Assembly (NCBI GenBank): GCA_964353865.1
Contig: CAYGXJ010000040.1
Coordinates: forward strand, 36,329-100,328
Length of the DNA stretch: 64,000 nt
Source: an uncultured Anaerolineales bacterium
Lineage (GTDB): Bacteria; Chloroflexota; Anaerolineae; Anaerolineales; RBG-16-64-43
Reading direction: 5' to 3'
Below the pieces are notes generated by a model. It ran no database searches. It was not told where the DNA came from and was given only the letters and a program-made list of their open reading frames with translations. Every line of letters begins with the position of its first letter. Within the stretch, counting starts at the first letter, position 1. A program made the position numbers and the translations under genes. This document shows, one piece after another, positions 48,984 to 57,170 of this stretch.

Positions 48984-49727
48984 CTAGGTTCCGGCGAACC
49001 CCATTCGTTCGGACAGCTCGCTTGCCACCTCCATGACGATGGCGGCAATGCCGGGCAGGCGTCGGTCGGTCATGCGGGTCGTCGGACCAGAGATCCCGAT
49101 GGCGCCGGCGACGTGCGAATGGTGGTCGAAGACCGGGGCGGCCAGGCAGCGCACACCCGGGTCGAACTCCTCGTCATCGACGGCATAACCCTGGTGGTGG
49201 GCGGCCGCCAGGTGCTTGGCGAGTCGGCCGTCGGCGGTGATCGTGCGCGGGGTGAAGCGTTCGAGGCGGGTAGGGATCTCCACCGCGCCGAAGGCCAACA
49301 AGGCTTTCCCCAGCGCAGTGCAGTGGAGCGGGGCGGTTTGCCCGACGTGGACGTTGACTCGTAGCGTCGCCGGCGATTCGGCCTGCCCGATGTACAGGAC
49401 CTTCCCTTGCGCAGCGACGCCAAGGTGAGCGCACTCGCCGGTCCGTTCCATCAGCGCCTGCAGGTGGGGCGCGGCGGCCTCGTGCAGGGGGAGCCGGCTG
49501 AGCTGGCGACGGCCCAGCGTCACCAGCCGCGGGCCGAGCCGGCAGCGCCGGGTGGATGGATCCTTCTCGATGTATCCGTGCCGGGCCAGCGTCGCCACCA
49601 GCCGGGAGGCGCTGGCCTTGTCGACGCCCAGCAACCCGGCCAGCTGGGTGACGCCGACATCCTCCCGGGCCTCCCCGAGGAGGTCGAGGATCTCCAACCC
49701 GCGCGCCAGCGAGCGTATCTCGGTCAT
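48984..49727 (-). CDS. IclR family transcriptional regulator
   Basis: The N-terminal wHTH reads RSLARGLEILDLLGEAREDVGVTQLAGLLGVDKASASRLVATLARHGYIEKD, with a C-terminal IclR effector domain. Start at ATG 49727. Confidence 0.85.
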   Translation of the reverse strand: MTEIRSLARGLEILDLLGEAREDVGVTQLAGLLGVDKASASRLVATLARHGYIEKDPSTRRCRLGPRLVTLGRRQLSRLPLHEAAAPHLQALMERTGECAHLGVAAQGKVLYIGQAESPATLRVNVHVGQTAPLHCTALGKALLAFGAVEIPTRLERFTPRTITADGRLAKHLAAAHHQGYAVDDEEFDPGVRCLAAPVFDHHSHVAGAIGISGPTTRMTDRRLPGIAAIVMEVASELSERMGFAGT

Positions 49728-49732
49728 GGTCC

Positions 49733-49770
49733 TTGTTGACAAAGATACAACAACATTGCGGCGTATGCAA
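49733..49770 (-). promoter_or_regulatory. candidate IclR promoter with overlapping inverted-repeat operator
   Basis: The minus strand reads TTGCAT (49765..49770), a 17-nt spacer, then TATCTT (49742..49747). The inverted repeat TTGTTG-N9-CAACAA (49733..49753) spans the -10. The -10 element ends 14 nt before the ATG. Confidence 0.45.
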
Positions 49771-50203
49771 CAACCTTGAGTTTTCGGTGGACGCTTATGG
49801 TGGGGCGGGCGCGGACGCCTCGGTCGAGGCGGGCCTCGCTCCGCCGGAGGATTCCGCTTGGTCCTACGATAGCATCGATCGCAAGGTCGACGGACCAAAC
49901 ATGATCTGCAATGGGACCTTCATGCTCAAGAACCTCGGGCAGGAGCCGCTTTCAGCCGTCGTGCACATCGCCTGGGCCAACATAGTGCAGCAATCGCAAT
50001 TCTGGCAGGTCCAGCCGCTGGGGGTAAGTGAAGTATGGACCGACCACGCCAACGAGTCCCACCTGGCACAGAACGCCTACATGCGCGTGACGCACCTGCT
50101 CATGCTTCGCAATGTGCACGAGTGCTGGTGGCTGGCCGCGAACGCGGAGCAGCCGCGGTGGGAGACGATTGCGACCCCCGTCGATCCGCTCCCGTGTCCG
50201 TGA
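49733..50203 (+). pseudogene. copy A' of the duplicated lipoprotein gene, lacking the signal-peptide region (possibly non-functional)
   Basis: Homology to 36947..37486 begins around the lipobox Cys (LACNLKG vs GVCNNLEF). The first codons of the ORF are the IclR promoter/operator DNA. It uses a TTG start and has no hydrophobic h-region. Confidence 0.45.
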
Positions 50204-50261
50204 GGCCCTGCGCAGGGATAGGCGCACAATCGACTCTCTGATTGTGGATCGCCAGGCGCCG

Positions 50262-50520
50262 TGTCCCTCGCTCTGCCCCTCTCCCGTCGGGAGATGGAAC
50301 CCCTCGGTTTCAAGCCGCTTGAGGGACTCTCGTTGGAAAAAACCCCGTACAAAGTGTCGTCGCGTTGCCCTGACCATGACAGAAGTCACCTGAGCGTGTA
50401 ATGCATGTCCCCGATTCCCCTCCGCGGGCAACCTGCCTCCGCCCCTCCTCCTTATCCGGACCCTGCCCACGGGCGCGGATAGTACGCGCATGCACAAGAA
50501 GTCCGCACGCCGCTTGCCTT
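50262..50520. repeat. non-coding segment R' (duplicate of 38716..38985)
   Basis: See the 38716..38985 entry. Here it is contiguous with copy A' (roughly 60-nt spacer) and runs into the ECF promoter. Confidence 0.75.
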
Positions 50521-50542
50521 GCCTCCCCCTTTGCCGTATAGT
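50514..50542 (+). promoter_or_regulatory. candidate promoter of the ECF transporter operon
   Basis: TTGCCT, a 17-nt spacer, then TATAGT, 36 nt upstream of ATG 50578 (AGGAGG Shine-Dalgarno). Confidence 0.5.
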
Positions 50543-50577
50543 AACTTTTGACCCCGCCGCCCCAGGAGGCTTGCCCC

Positions 50578-51168
50578 ATGGATTCCTTCAAACGCCAGTT
50601 CAATACCGTCACTCTGGTCATGATCCCGATCGCCATCGCGATCAATATCGCCGTCGGACAGCTCGCGCTGCTCATCAAGGTGCCGCTGTACCTCGACTCG
50701 ATCGGCACCGTCCTGGTGGGCGTGCTGGCCGGACCGTGGGCCGGCGCGCTCACCGGGTTCCTCTCCAGCGTGATCTGGTCGCTGGCCGGCTGGTATACGC
50801 CTGCCATCGCTTTCGCCGGTGTGGCCGCCATCATCGGGACACTGGCCGGCGTCTTCGGACGCGCCGGCTGGCCCAACTCGTGGTGGAAGGCGATCCTGGC
50901 CGGCCTCATCACCGGACTCACCGCGGCCATCCTCTCCGCGCCCATCGCCACCTATGTCTTCGGCGGCGTGATGGGTTCGGGCACCGATGCCATCGTCGCC
51001 ATGGCGCGCTCGGTCGGGCTCGACTCGCTGGGCGCCAACATCGCCCAGGGCACGTTCTCCGACCCGATGGATAAGATGGCCTCCTACCTGCTCGTGTACC
51101 TCGTGTTGCGCGCGCTGCCCTTGCGCTTCTTGGCGCGCTTCACCAACCTGGCCCCGCGCTCGAAGTAG
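50578..51168 (+). CDS. ECF transporter S (substrate-capture) component
   Basis: 196-aa protein with about six TM segments. VTLVMIPIAIAINIAVGQL...LDSIGTVLVGVLAGPWAGALTGFLSSVIW is typical of S components. Substrate unknown. Confidence 0.7.
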   Translation: MDSFKRQFNTVTLVMIPIAIAINIAVGQLALLIKVPLYLDSIGTVLVGVLAGPWAGALTGFLSSVIWSLAGWYTPAIAFAGVAAIIGTLAGVFGRAGWPNSWWKAILAGLITGLTAAILSAPIATYVFGGVMGSGTDAIVAMARSVGLDSLGANIAQGTFSDPMDKMASYLLVYLVLRALPLRFLARFTNLAPRSK

Positions 51169-51265
51169 CCTGGGGCTGAACGCACTACTCCTCCCGGGGC
51201 GCGCAGTACTCGCGGCGCGCCCCGGTCCCCCCAGTGCGACACATGAACATCCGGCGCGAGCGTCG

Positions 51266-52105
51266 ATGACTGGCGAGGTACCTCCACGCCCGATGGGCCA
51301 CGGCCCCGCGCGTCTGCCGCACTCGCCTGGGACGCAGCCGCCTGCGATTCCATTGCGCTCGCCCCAATCATTGCACCCGCTCACCATGCTCACCGTCAGC
51401 CTATCGGCGGTCGTCGCGGGCGCGTCCCTGCCCACCACGCCCTGGGTCCTGGCGGTGTTCGTGGGGCTGCTCGTTCCGCTCGCGGCCTGGGGTCGTCGCC
51501 TGGGCGCGTTCCTGCGCGCGTGCGCGAAAGTCATCTGGCCGTTTGCCCTCTCGCTCGTGATCATCCAGGGCTTCTTCACACCCGGGCCGAGCGTGCTCTT
51601 GCGCCTTGGGCCGTTCAATTACACGCTCGAGGGCTTGCAGGTGGCGCTGCTCTTCACCTCGCGGCTGCTCGTCGGCTTAGGCGCGGCGACGCTGCTCATG
51701 ATGATCATTCGGCCGGATGCGCTGATGCGCGCGCTGGTCGAGCGCGGCCTGCCGAATCAAATCGCCTACATCATCATCACGGCGCTGCAGATCGTCCCGA
51801 CCTTTCAGGCGCGGGGCCATGCCATCCTGGACGCGCAGCGCGCGCGCGGGCTCGAGACTGAGGGCACGCTGATTGTCCGCCTGCGCGCGTTTGCGCCGCT
51901 GGTTGGCCCGCTGATCCTCTCCAGCCTGATGCAAATCGAGGAGCGCGCCATCGCGCTCGAAGCGCGCGCGTTCAGTCGGCCCGGGAAACGCACGAGCTTT
52001 GTGGCACTGCGAGATTCGCGGTTGCAGTCGATCTTGCGCTGGGCGCTTATTTTGGGTGCGGTCACGCTGATTGTGGCGCGCATTCTCTCTTGGGGCCGGC
52101 GATGA
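51266..52105 (+). CDS. ecfT: ECF transporter transmembrane (T) component (CbiQ/EcfT family)
   Basis: The conserved C-terminal region reads ALQIVPTFQARGHAILDAQRARG...IEERAIALEARAF. The start is uncertain (51266 or later Met codons). ORF 50987..52105 overlaps the S-component gene. Confidence 0.7.
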   Translation: MTGEVPPRPMGHGPARLPHSPGTQPPAIPLRSPQSLHPLTMLTVSLSAVVAGASLPTTPWVLAVFVGLLVPLAAWGRRLGAFLRACAKVIWPFALSLVIIQGFFTPGPSVLLRLGPFNYTLEGLQVALLFTSRLLVGLGAATLLMMIIRPDALMRALVERGLPNQIAYIIITALQIVPTFQARGHAILDAQRARGLETEGTLIVRLRAFAPLVGPLILSSLMQIEERAIALEARAFSRPGKRTSFVALRDSRLQSILRWALILGAVTLIVARILSWGRR

Positions 52106-52938
52106 TCGCTCTTAACGGCGTGACCTATCGCTACCCGGGCACCCAGCGCGACGCGCTGCACGCGATCGACCTCGTGGTGGGGGAGGGCGAACTGGTGGGT
52201 GTGGTCGGCGCGAACGGCGCGGGCAAATCCACGCTGTGCTACGTGCTCTCCGGATACGTCCCGCATTTCTTCAACGGCACAGTCGAGGGCAGCGTGCAGG
52301 TGGCCGGGCACGATGTGACCCGCACGCCCATCGGCGAGCTGGCCTCGGAGATCGGTCTCGTCTTCCACAATCCGTTCAATCAGATCAGTGGCGCGCGCTA
52401 TACCGTTCTCGAAGAGGTGGCCTTCGGCCTCGAGAATATGGGCCTCCCGCGCGACGAGATGCATGCGCGCGCCGAGGCCGCGCTTGCTGCCACGGGCCTC
52501 ACCGATCTCGCGCAGCGCTCGCCTTTCGCCCTCTCGGGCGGCGAGCAGCAACGCCTGGCCATCGCCGCGATCATGGCCATGCAGCCGCGCGTGCTCGTGT
52601 GCGACGAGCCGACCTCGCAGCTCGACCCGGCCGGCACGCGCGCGGCCTTCGAGGTATTGCGCGGCCTGGCGCGCCAGGGCGGCACGACGATCGTCCTTAC
52701 GGAGCACAAGCTGGGCTGGCTGGCCGCGTTCGCGGACCGCCTGCTCGTGCTGCATGAAGGCGCGCTCGTTGCCGATGGTCCGCCGCGCCAGGTGCTCGCT
52801 TCGGCGATCGACCACGCGTGGGGCGTGGGTGCGACCAAGTACGCCCGCGCCGCTCAGGAGCTTCTCGCGCGTGGTCTCATTCCGTCGCAGTCCCGCCTCC
52901 CGGTGACACTCGAGCAGGCCGTGGAGACCCTGCGGTGA
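52102..52938 (+). CDS. ecfA: ECF transporter ATPase
   Basis: ATGA overlap with the ecfT stop. Walker A GANGAGKST, signature LSGGEQQRLAIA and Walker B VLVCDEPTSQLD. Confidence 0.85.
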   Translation: MIALNGVTYRYPGTQRDALHAIDLVVGEGELVGVVGANGAGKSTLCYVLSGYVPHFFNGTVEGSVQVAGHDVTRTPIGELASEIGLVFHNPFNQISGARYTVLEEVAFGLENMGLPRDEMHARAEAALAATGLTDLAQRSPFALSGGEQQRLAIAAIMAMQPRVLVCDEPTSQLDPAGTRAAFEVLRGLARQGGTTIVLTEHKLGWLAAFADRLLVLHEGALVADGPPRQVLASAIDHAWGVGATKYARAAQELLARGLIPSQSRLPVTLEQAVETLR

Positions 52939-53747
52939 CGATCATCGTTCGCGACGCGGCATACGAATACACCTCCGGCGTGCGCGCGCTCGGCGGCGTG
53001 AGCCTGACCATCGCCTCGGGCGAGGCCGTGGCGCTGGTGGGCGAGAACGGCGCGGGCAAGACGACGCTCGCCAAGCTCCTCAACGGGCTTTTGCGCCCGA
53101 GCCAGGGCAGCGTCGAGGTGGAGGGCTACGACACGCGCACGCGCACCACGGCCCAGCTCTCGCGGCAGGTGGGCTTCGTGTTCCAGAACCCGGATGACCA
53201 GTTGTTCGCGCGAACGGTGCAGGCGGAGGTTGCCTTTGGCCCGCGCAACCAGCGCCTGACCGAGGCCGAGATCGAGGCGCGTGTGGCGGTCGCGCTTGCG
53301 GAGGTGGGTCTCACGGACGAAGCGGAGCGCCACCCGTATGACCTGGCGGTGCCCGAGCGCAAGATGGTGGCGCTCGCCGCGGCGCTTGCGATGCACACAC
53401 CGGTACTCGTCCTGGATGAGCCGACCATCGGCCAGGATGCGCAGGGCGTCGAGCGATTGGGCGCGCTCGTCGACCGGCTGCATGCCGAAGGGCGTACACT
53501 CATCACGATCACGCACGACCTCGACTTCTGCCTGGCGCATTTCGAGCGCGTGGTGGTCATGGCCGGCGGTAAGATTCTTGCGGACGGCTTAGCTGCGGAT
53601 GTGCTGAGCCAAACCGAACTCCTGGCGCAGGCGCAGGTCGAGCCGCCGCAGCTCATTCAGCTTGCGCAAGCGCTGGGATGGAGCGAGGCGCCGCGCTCGG
53701 TTGCCGAATTCGCCGACATCTATGCTGAAAGGAAGGCACGGTCATGA
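52935..53747 (+). CDS. ecfA: ECF transporter ATPase (second)
   Basis: GTG 52935 forms a GTGA overlap with the upstream stop. Walker A GENGAGKTT and Walker B VLVLDEPTIGQD. Confidence 0.85.
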   Translation: MTIIVRDAAYEYTSGVRALGGVSLTIASGEAVALVGENGAGKTTLAKLLNGLLRPSQGSVEVEGYDTRTRTTAQLSRQVGFVFQNPDDQLFARTVQAEVAFGPRNQRLTEAEIEARVAVALAEVGLTDEAERHPYDLAVPERKMVALAAALAMHTPVLVLDEPTIGQDAQGVERLGALVDRLHAEGRTLITITHDLDFCLAHFERVVVMAGGKILADGLAADVLSQTELLAQAQVEPPQLIQLAQALGWSEAPRSVAEFADIYAERKARS

Positions 53748-54694
53748 TTCTCGTCTTGGGTGACCTGCTCGCGGATCTCAGCTTGCGCATCGAGGCGTTC
53801 CCGGTGCAGGCCGGCGGCATGCAGCGCGTATCATATTTCGAATTGGGCCCAGGCGGCGCGGCGAATACGGCCATTGCCGCGGCGCGGCTCGGGCTCGCGG
53901 TCGGGCATCTGGGCGAGATCGGGCAGGACCGTGCCGGGCGGTGGATTCTCAAGGATCTCGAGGCGGAGGGCGTCGATGTGAGCGGCGTGATCACGCCCGA
54001 TGGTGCCGCGACGCCGGTGGCAGGGGTTGTTGTCGACCGCTCGGGTGAGCCGGCCTACCTGGGCTACCCCGGCAAGCTGCGGTTGAACGCGCTGCCGAAG
54101 TTGTGGGGCAAGCGCATCGCGAAAGCGGAGGCGCTGTTTGCGGACGGCTGGGCGGATCACGCCGACGTGCCGAACCTCATCCTGGGCGGGCTGCGCGCAG
54201 CGCGCGCCGCGGGCGTGCCATCGTTCTTCGATCCTGGGCCGGGCAACCCGGCGATGGACAATGCCTGGCATGGCAAGGCCTGCCGGCTGGCCACAGTGAT
54301 TCTCGCCACCGAGGAGGAAGCCCGGCGCATTAGTGGCAAACCCGATCCGCTCGATTCGGCGCGCGCGCTGCTGAGGCTTGGCCCCAAGCTGGTGGTGGTC
54401 AAGCGCGGCGTGGCGGGATGCTTCCTCGTGCGCAAGGGCGAGGTGCATCTGGCGGGCGGCTATCCGGTCGAAGCGCGCGACGCGACCGGCGCCGGCGACA
54501 GCCTGGATGCGGCGATCATCTACGCCTGGCTGCGCAAGATGCCGCTGGCGGCGATGGGCGTGCTGGCGAATGCTGTCGGCGCGGCGAAGGTGCTTAAGCT
54601 GGGCACGGGGCGCAACGTCCCAACGAGCGACGAAGTGCGTGCCATCCTGCGTCGGTTTGGGGTGCCCGAGGCGGGGATCCTCGACGAGGCATAA
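53744..54694 (+). CDS. PfkB-family carbohydrate/nucleoside kinase
   Basis: ATGA overlap with the ATPase stop. GPGGAANTAIAAARLG and the C-terminal DATGAGDSLDAAIIYA (the PfkB signature) are present. Confidence 0.8.
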   Translation: MILVLGDLLADLSLRIEAFPVQAGGMQRVSYFELGPGGAANTAIAAARLGLAVGHLGEIGQDRAGRWILKDLEAEGVDVSGVITPDGAATPVAGVVVDRSGEPAYLGYPGKLRLNALPKLWGKRIAKAEALFADGWADHADVPNLILGGLRAARAAGVPSFFDPGPGNPAMDNAWHGKACRLATVILATEEEARRISGKPDPLDSARALLRLGPKLVVVKRGVAGCFLVRKGEVHLAGGYPVEARDATGAGDSLDAAIIYAWLRKMPLAAMGVLANAVGAAKVLKLGTGRNVPTSDEVRAILRRFGVPEAGILDEA

Positions 54695-54714
54695 GCGCGC
54701 ATCCTTTGGCAGGT

Positions 54715-54784
54715 CTTTCACCGCCGAGAACGCGGAGAACGCAGAGAATTCCATTGACTTGTTAGGGCACGCCATGGCGTGCCC
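54715..54784. repeat. composite repeat (P3 + P1)
   Basis: CTTTCACCGCCGAGAACGCGGAGAACGCAGAGAATTCC is followed by GGGCACGCCATGGCGTGCCC (54765..54784, a perfect palindrome). Confidence 0.8.
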
Positions 54785-55084
54785 CAGCACATTCATGGTG
54801 GTGTGCGCGTCGCATGCCGATGCTGGCCAGACGCTGAGAGAAGAACGTCATTCAGGCGAAGGCGGGAATCTAGGCTCGTGACCGTCTGAGGGGTGGGCGG
54901 TGGCGCGTGCACATGAATGTACGACCCCCGTATTCCATCCCCATTCGCTTCGTCGTCGCACGCGCACCGTGATCGTCCTGGGTCCCCGCCTTCGCGGGGA
55001 CGACGGACTATTCTGTTCGGTGGCCAATCTGCCTCATGCATTCGTTCCCCCGTTGCGCGGTTATAGGGGTGGGGGTCTCCGCAT

Positions 55085-55102
55085 GCGCGGCATGCCGTGC
55101 CC
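55085..55102. repeat. degenerate P1 half-palindrome
   Basis: GCGCGGCATGCCGTGCCCAAAC has an intact right arm and an eroded left arm. Confidence 0.5.
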
Positions 55103-55325
55103 AAACAGGATCTCGAGAGGTGCGGGCGTCTCCGTGGTGCCAAGCCTTGAGCTGCCCCATCGGGCCGCACCAGACGCATGGAAGACGCGCGGGCGGTCAT
55201 TGGCCGCCGCAGTCGGCAACAAAGTGGGGGGGAGCGGCTGAGCGCTTGATCCGGTAATGCATGTCCGAGATGCCCACTCGCGCGGTCGGCCCCCATCGCC
55301 CCTCTGCCAAGAGACGCGACGCGAA

Positions 55326-55353
55326 TTGACATGCGCGCCAAGAAGGCTATTAT
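55326..55353 (+). promoter_or_regulatory. candidate promoter
   Basis: TTGACA, a 16-nt spacer, then TATTAT, about 70 nt upstream of the TTG start at 55424. Confidence 0.45.
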
Positions 55354-55423
55354 CTAGATGAGGCGCAAGGCCTCGCTCCACTCGCCGCGGGCGAGGTCTC
55401 GAGTTGAGAAGCGAAGGTGACCT

Positions 55424-57067
55424 TTGGCTAACCCGACTATCATCATCCTTGGCGGCTACGGCAACACGGGCCGGGCATTGGCGCGGCTGATGCTCGAACA
55501 CAGCCAAGTCCGTTTGGTTCTGGCCGGCCGAAATGAGGCGCGCGCTCTAGCCGAAGCAGCGGCCCTCAACGAACGCTTCCCCGGCAAACGGGTTCGCGGC
55601 ATCGCGGCCGATGCCGGCGACCGCCAGAGCCTGTTGCGCGCGTTCAAGGGCGCCAAGCTGGTGGTGGCCGCCTCGAGCACCTCTCCCGTCGCGACGGTCG
55701 TGGCCGAGGCCGCGCTCGAGGCCGGGCTAGATTACCTCGACCCGCAGTTCTCGCGTGCCAAGGTGGCCGCGCTGCAGAAGATGGCGGCGCGCATCCAGGC
55801 CGCCGGTCGCTGCTTCATCACCGATGCAGGCTTCCATCCTGGCCTGCCGGCCGCGCTGGTGCGCTTCGCCGCCGCGCGCTTCGACCGCCTGCAAACCGCC
55901 AATGTCGGGAGTGTGATCCAGATTGACTGGCGAACGCTCGACGTCTCGCCCTCGACCATCGATGAACTCGTGGCCGAATTCCGCGATTACCAATCGCTGC
56001 ACTACAAAGACCGACGCTGGCGCCCGATGGGATGGGTCGAATCCTTCCGGCCGGTATGGATGAACTTCGGCCGGGGATTTGGCCGTCGCTACACGATGCC
56101 CATGTTCCTCGAAGAACTGCGGCCGCTGCCCGACATCGTCCCGGGTCTGGAAGAGACCGGCTTTTTCGTTGGGGGATTTAGCTGGTTCGTCGATTGGGTA
56201 CTTATGCCCCTGGGCATGGCGTGGATGGCTGTGGCACCCAAGGCCGGCGGGCGCGGTTTCGGGCGCATGTTGCTGTGGGGCTTGCGCAGGTTCAGCGCGC
56301 CGCCCTACGGCACGCTGTTGATGCTCGAGGCGCGCGGGATTGCCTTAGGAGCCACTCGCTGCATGCGCGTCTCGGTCTTCCACCCGGATGGCTACGTTCT
56401 CACCGCGGCGCCGATGGCCGCCTGTCTGCTGCAGATGCTCGATGGCTCGGCGCGACGGCCCGGGTTGCATCTTCAGGCGCTGGCGGTCGAGCCACAGCGC
56501 TTGCTGGCGGACCTGCAGCGAATGGGTGTCTCGGTGGACGTGTGGGGCCCGGCGCCGCCGCCCTTGCCTGCGCCATACGACCCCAACGAGACACCTCCCA
56601 TCCATACCGGGGGGAGGTCTGAAACCGTCAAGAAGTCGGTTGTAACAAAGGTCGGATCTTCTCCCAACATTTCAGGAGGCATGGAAATGACTGGCTACGT
56701 CGGACCCATCGAAAAAGAAACCCTCAAGAACAAGTTCTTCCGCCGCGTGCTCTTCACCGGCTTGCACGCCCAGTTGGTCGTCATGTGCCTGCAGGGCGGC
56801 GAGGAAATCGGAAACGAAGTCCATCTCAACGTGGACCAGTTCTTCCGCATTGAGGAGGGCAAGGCCAAGTTCGTGTTCAATGGCAGCGAAGAACACAAGG
56901 TAAAGAACGGCGAGGCGGTTGTCGTGCCGGCCGGCACCTATCACAATGTGATCAACGCCTCAAAGAGCGAGCCGCTAAAGCTCTACACCATCTACACCCC
57001 GCCCAATCACCCGGATGGGACGATACACAAGACCAAGGCGGAGGCCGAGGCGGCTGAACATCACTAG
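55424..57067 (+). CDS. saccharopine-dehydrogenase-like NAD(P)-binding protein fused in frame to a cupin domain
   Basis: The N-terminus reads IIILGGYGNTGRALARLMLE (Rossmann). The C-terminal 128 aa (from ATG 56681, preceded by AGGAGG) form a stand-alone-type cupin: GEEIGNEVHLNVDQFFRIEEGKA...VVVPAGTYHNVIN. No stop codon separates the two parts. Confidence 0.6.
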   Translation: MANPTIIILGGYGNTGRALARLMLEHSQVRLVLAGRNEARALAEAAALNERFPGKRVRGIAADAGDRQSLLRAFKGAKLVVAASSTSPVATVVAEAALEAGLDYLDPQFSRAKVAALQKMAARIQAAGRCFITDAGFHPGLPAALVRFAAARFDRLQTANVGSVIQIDWRTLDVSPSTIDELVAEFRDYQSLHYKDRRWRPMGWVESFRPVWMNFGRGFGRRYTMPMFLEELRPLPDIVPGLEETGFFVGGFSWFVDWVLMPLGMAWMAVAPKAGGRGFGRMLLWGLRRFSAPPYGTLLMLEARGIALGATRCMRVSVFHPDGYVLTAAPMAACLLQMLDGSARRPGLHLQALAVEPQRLLADLQRMGVSVDVWGPAPPPLPAPYDPNETPPIHTGGRSETVKKSVVTKVGSSPNISGGMEMTGYVGPIEKETLKNKFFRRVLFTGLHAQLVVMCLQGGEEIGNEVHLNVDQFFRIEEGKAKFVFNGSEEHKVKNGEAVVVPAGTYHNVINASKSEPLKLYTIYTPPNHPDGTIHKTKAEAEAAEHH

Positions 57068-57099
57068 CAGAATGTGGAAGAACCATCTCCCGCCTCCTT

Positions 57100-57170
57100 G
57101 AAGACCTCTCCCCTCCCCCGGCTTGAGATCTCGCGGTGACACCCCGGCTCGCCGAGGGAGGGGTTGGGGG
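57100..57170. repeat. GA/CT-rich hairpin repeat
   Basis: CCTCTCCCCTCCCCCGG...CCGAGGGAGGGGTTGGGGG shows imperfect inverted symmetry. It is in the same style as the elements at 6191, 38726 and 50276. Confidence 0.35.

Noticed and set aside
50400-50577. TPP or other riboswitch upstream of the ECF transporter
   Set aside because: The leader after the candidate promoter is only about 30 nt. The upstream DNA is the duplicated segment R', which also occurs where no gene follows. No THI-box-like core (CTGAGA...ACCTGATCTGGATAATGCCAGCG) is present.
38802-53540. Further long shadow ORFs (38802..39911 +, 46992..48026 +, 48111..48965 +, 50452..51618 -, 51805..52815 -, 52854..53540 -, 53831..54796 -, 63150..63971 -)
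   Set aside because: Same reasoning as above. They overlap the oxidoreductase, TPP enzyme, ECF, kinase and Nramp genes on the opposite strand or out of frame.
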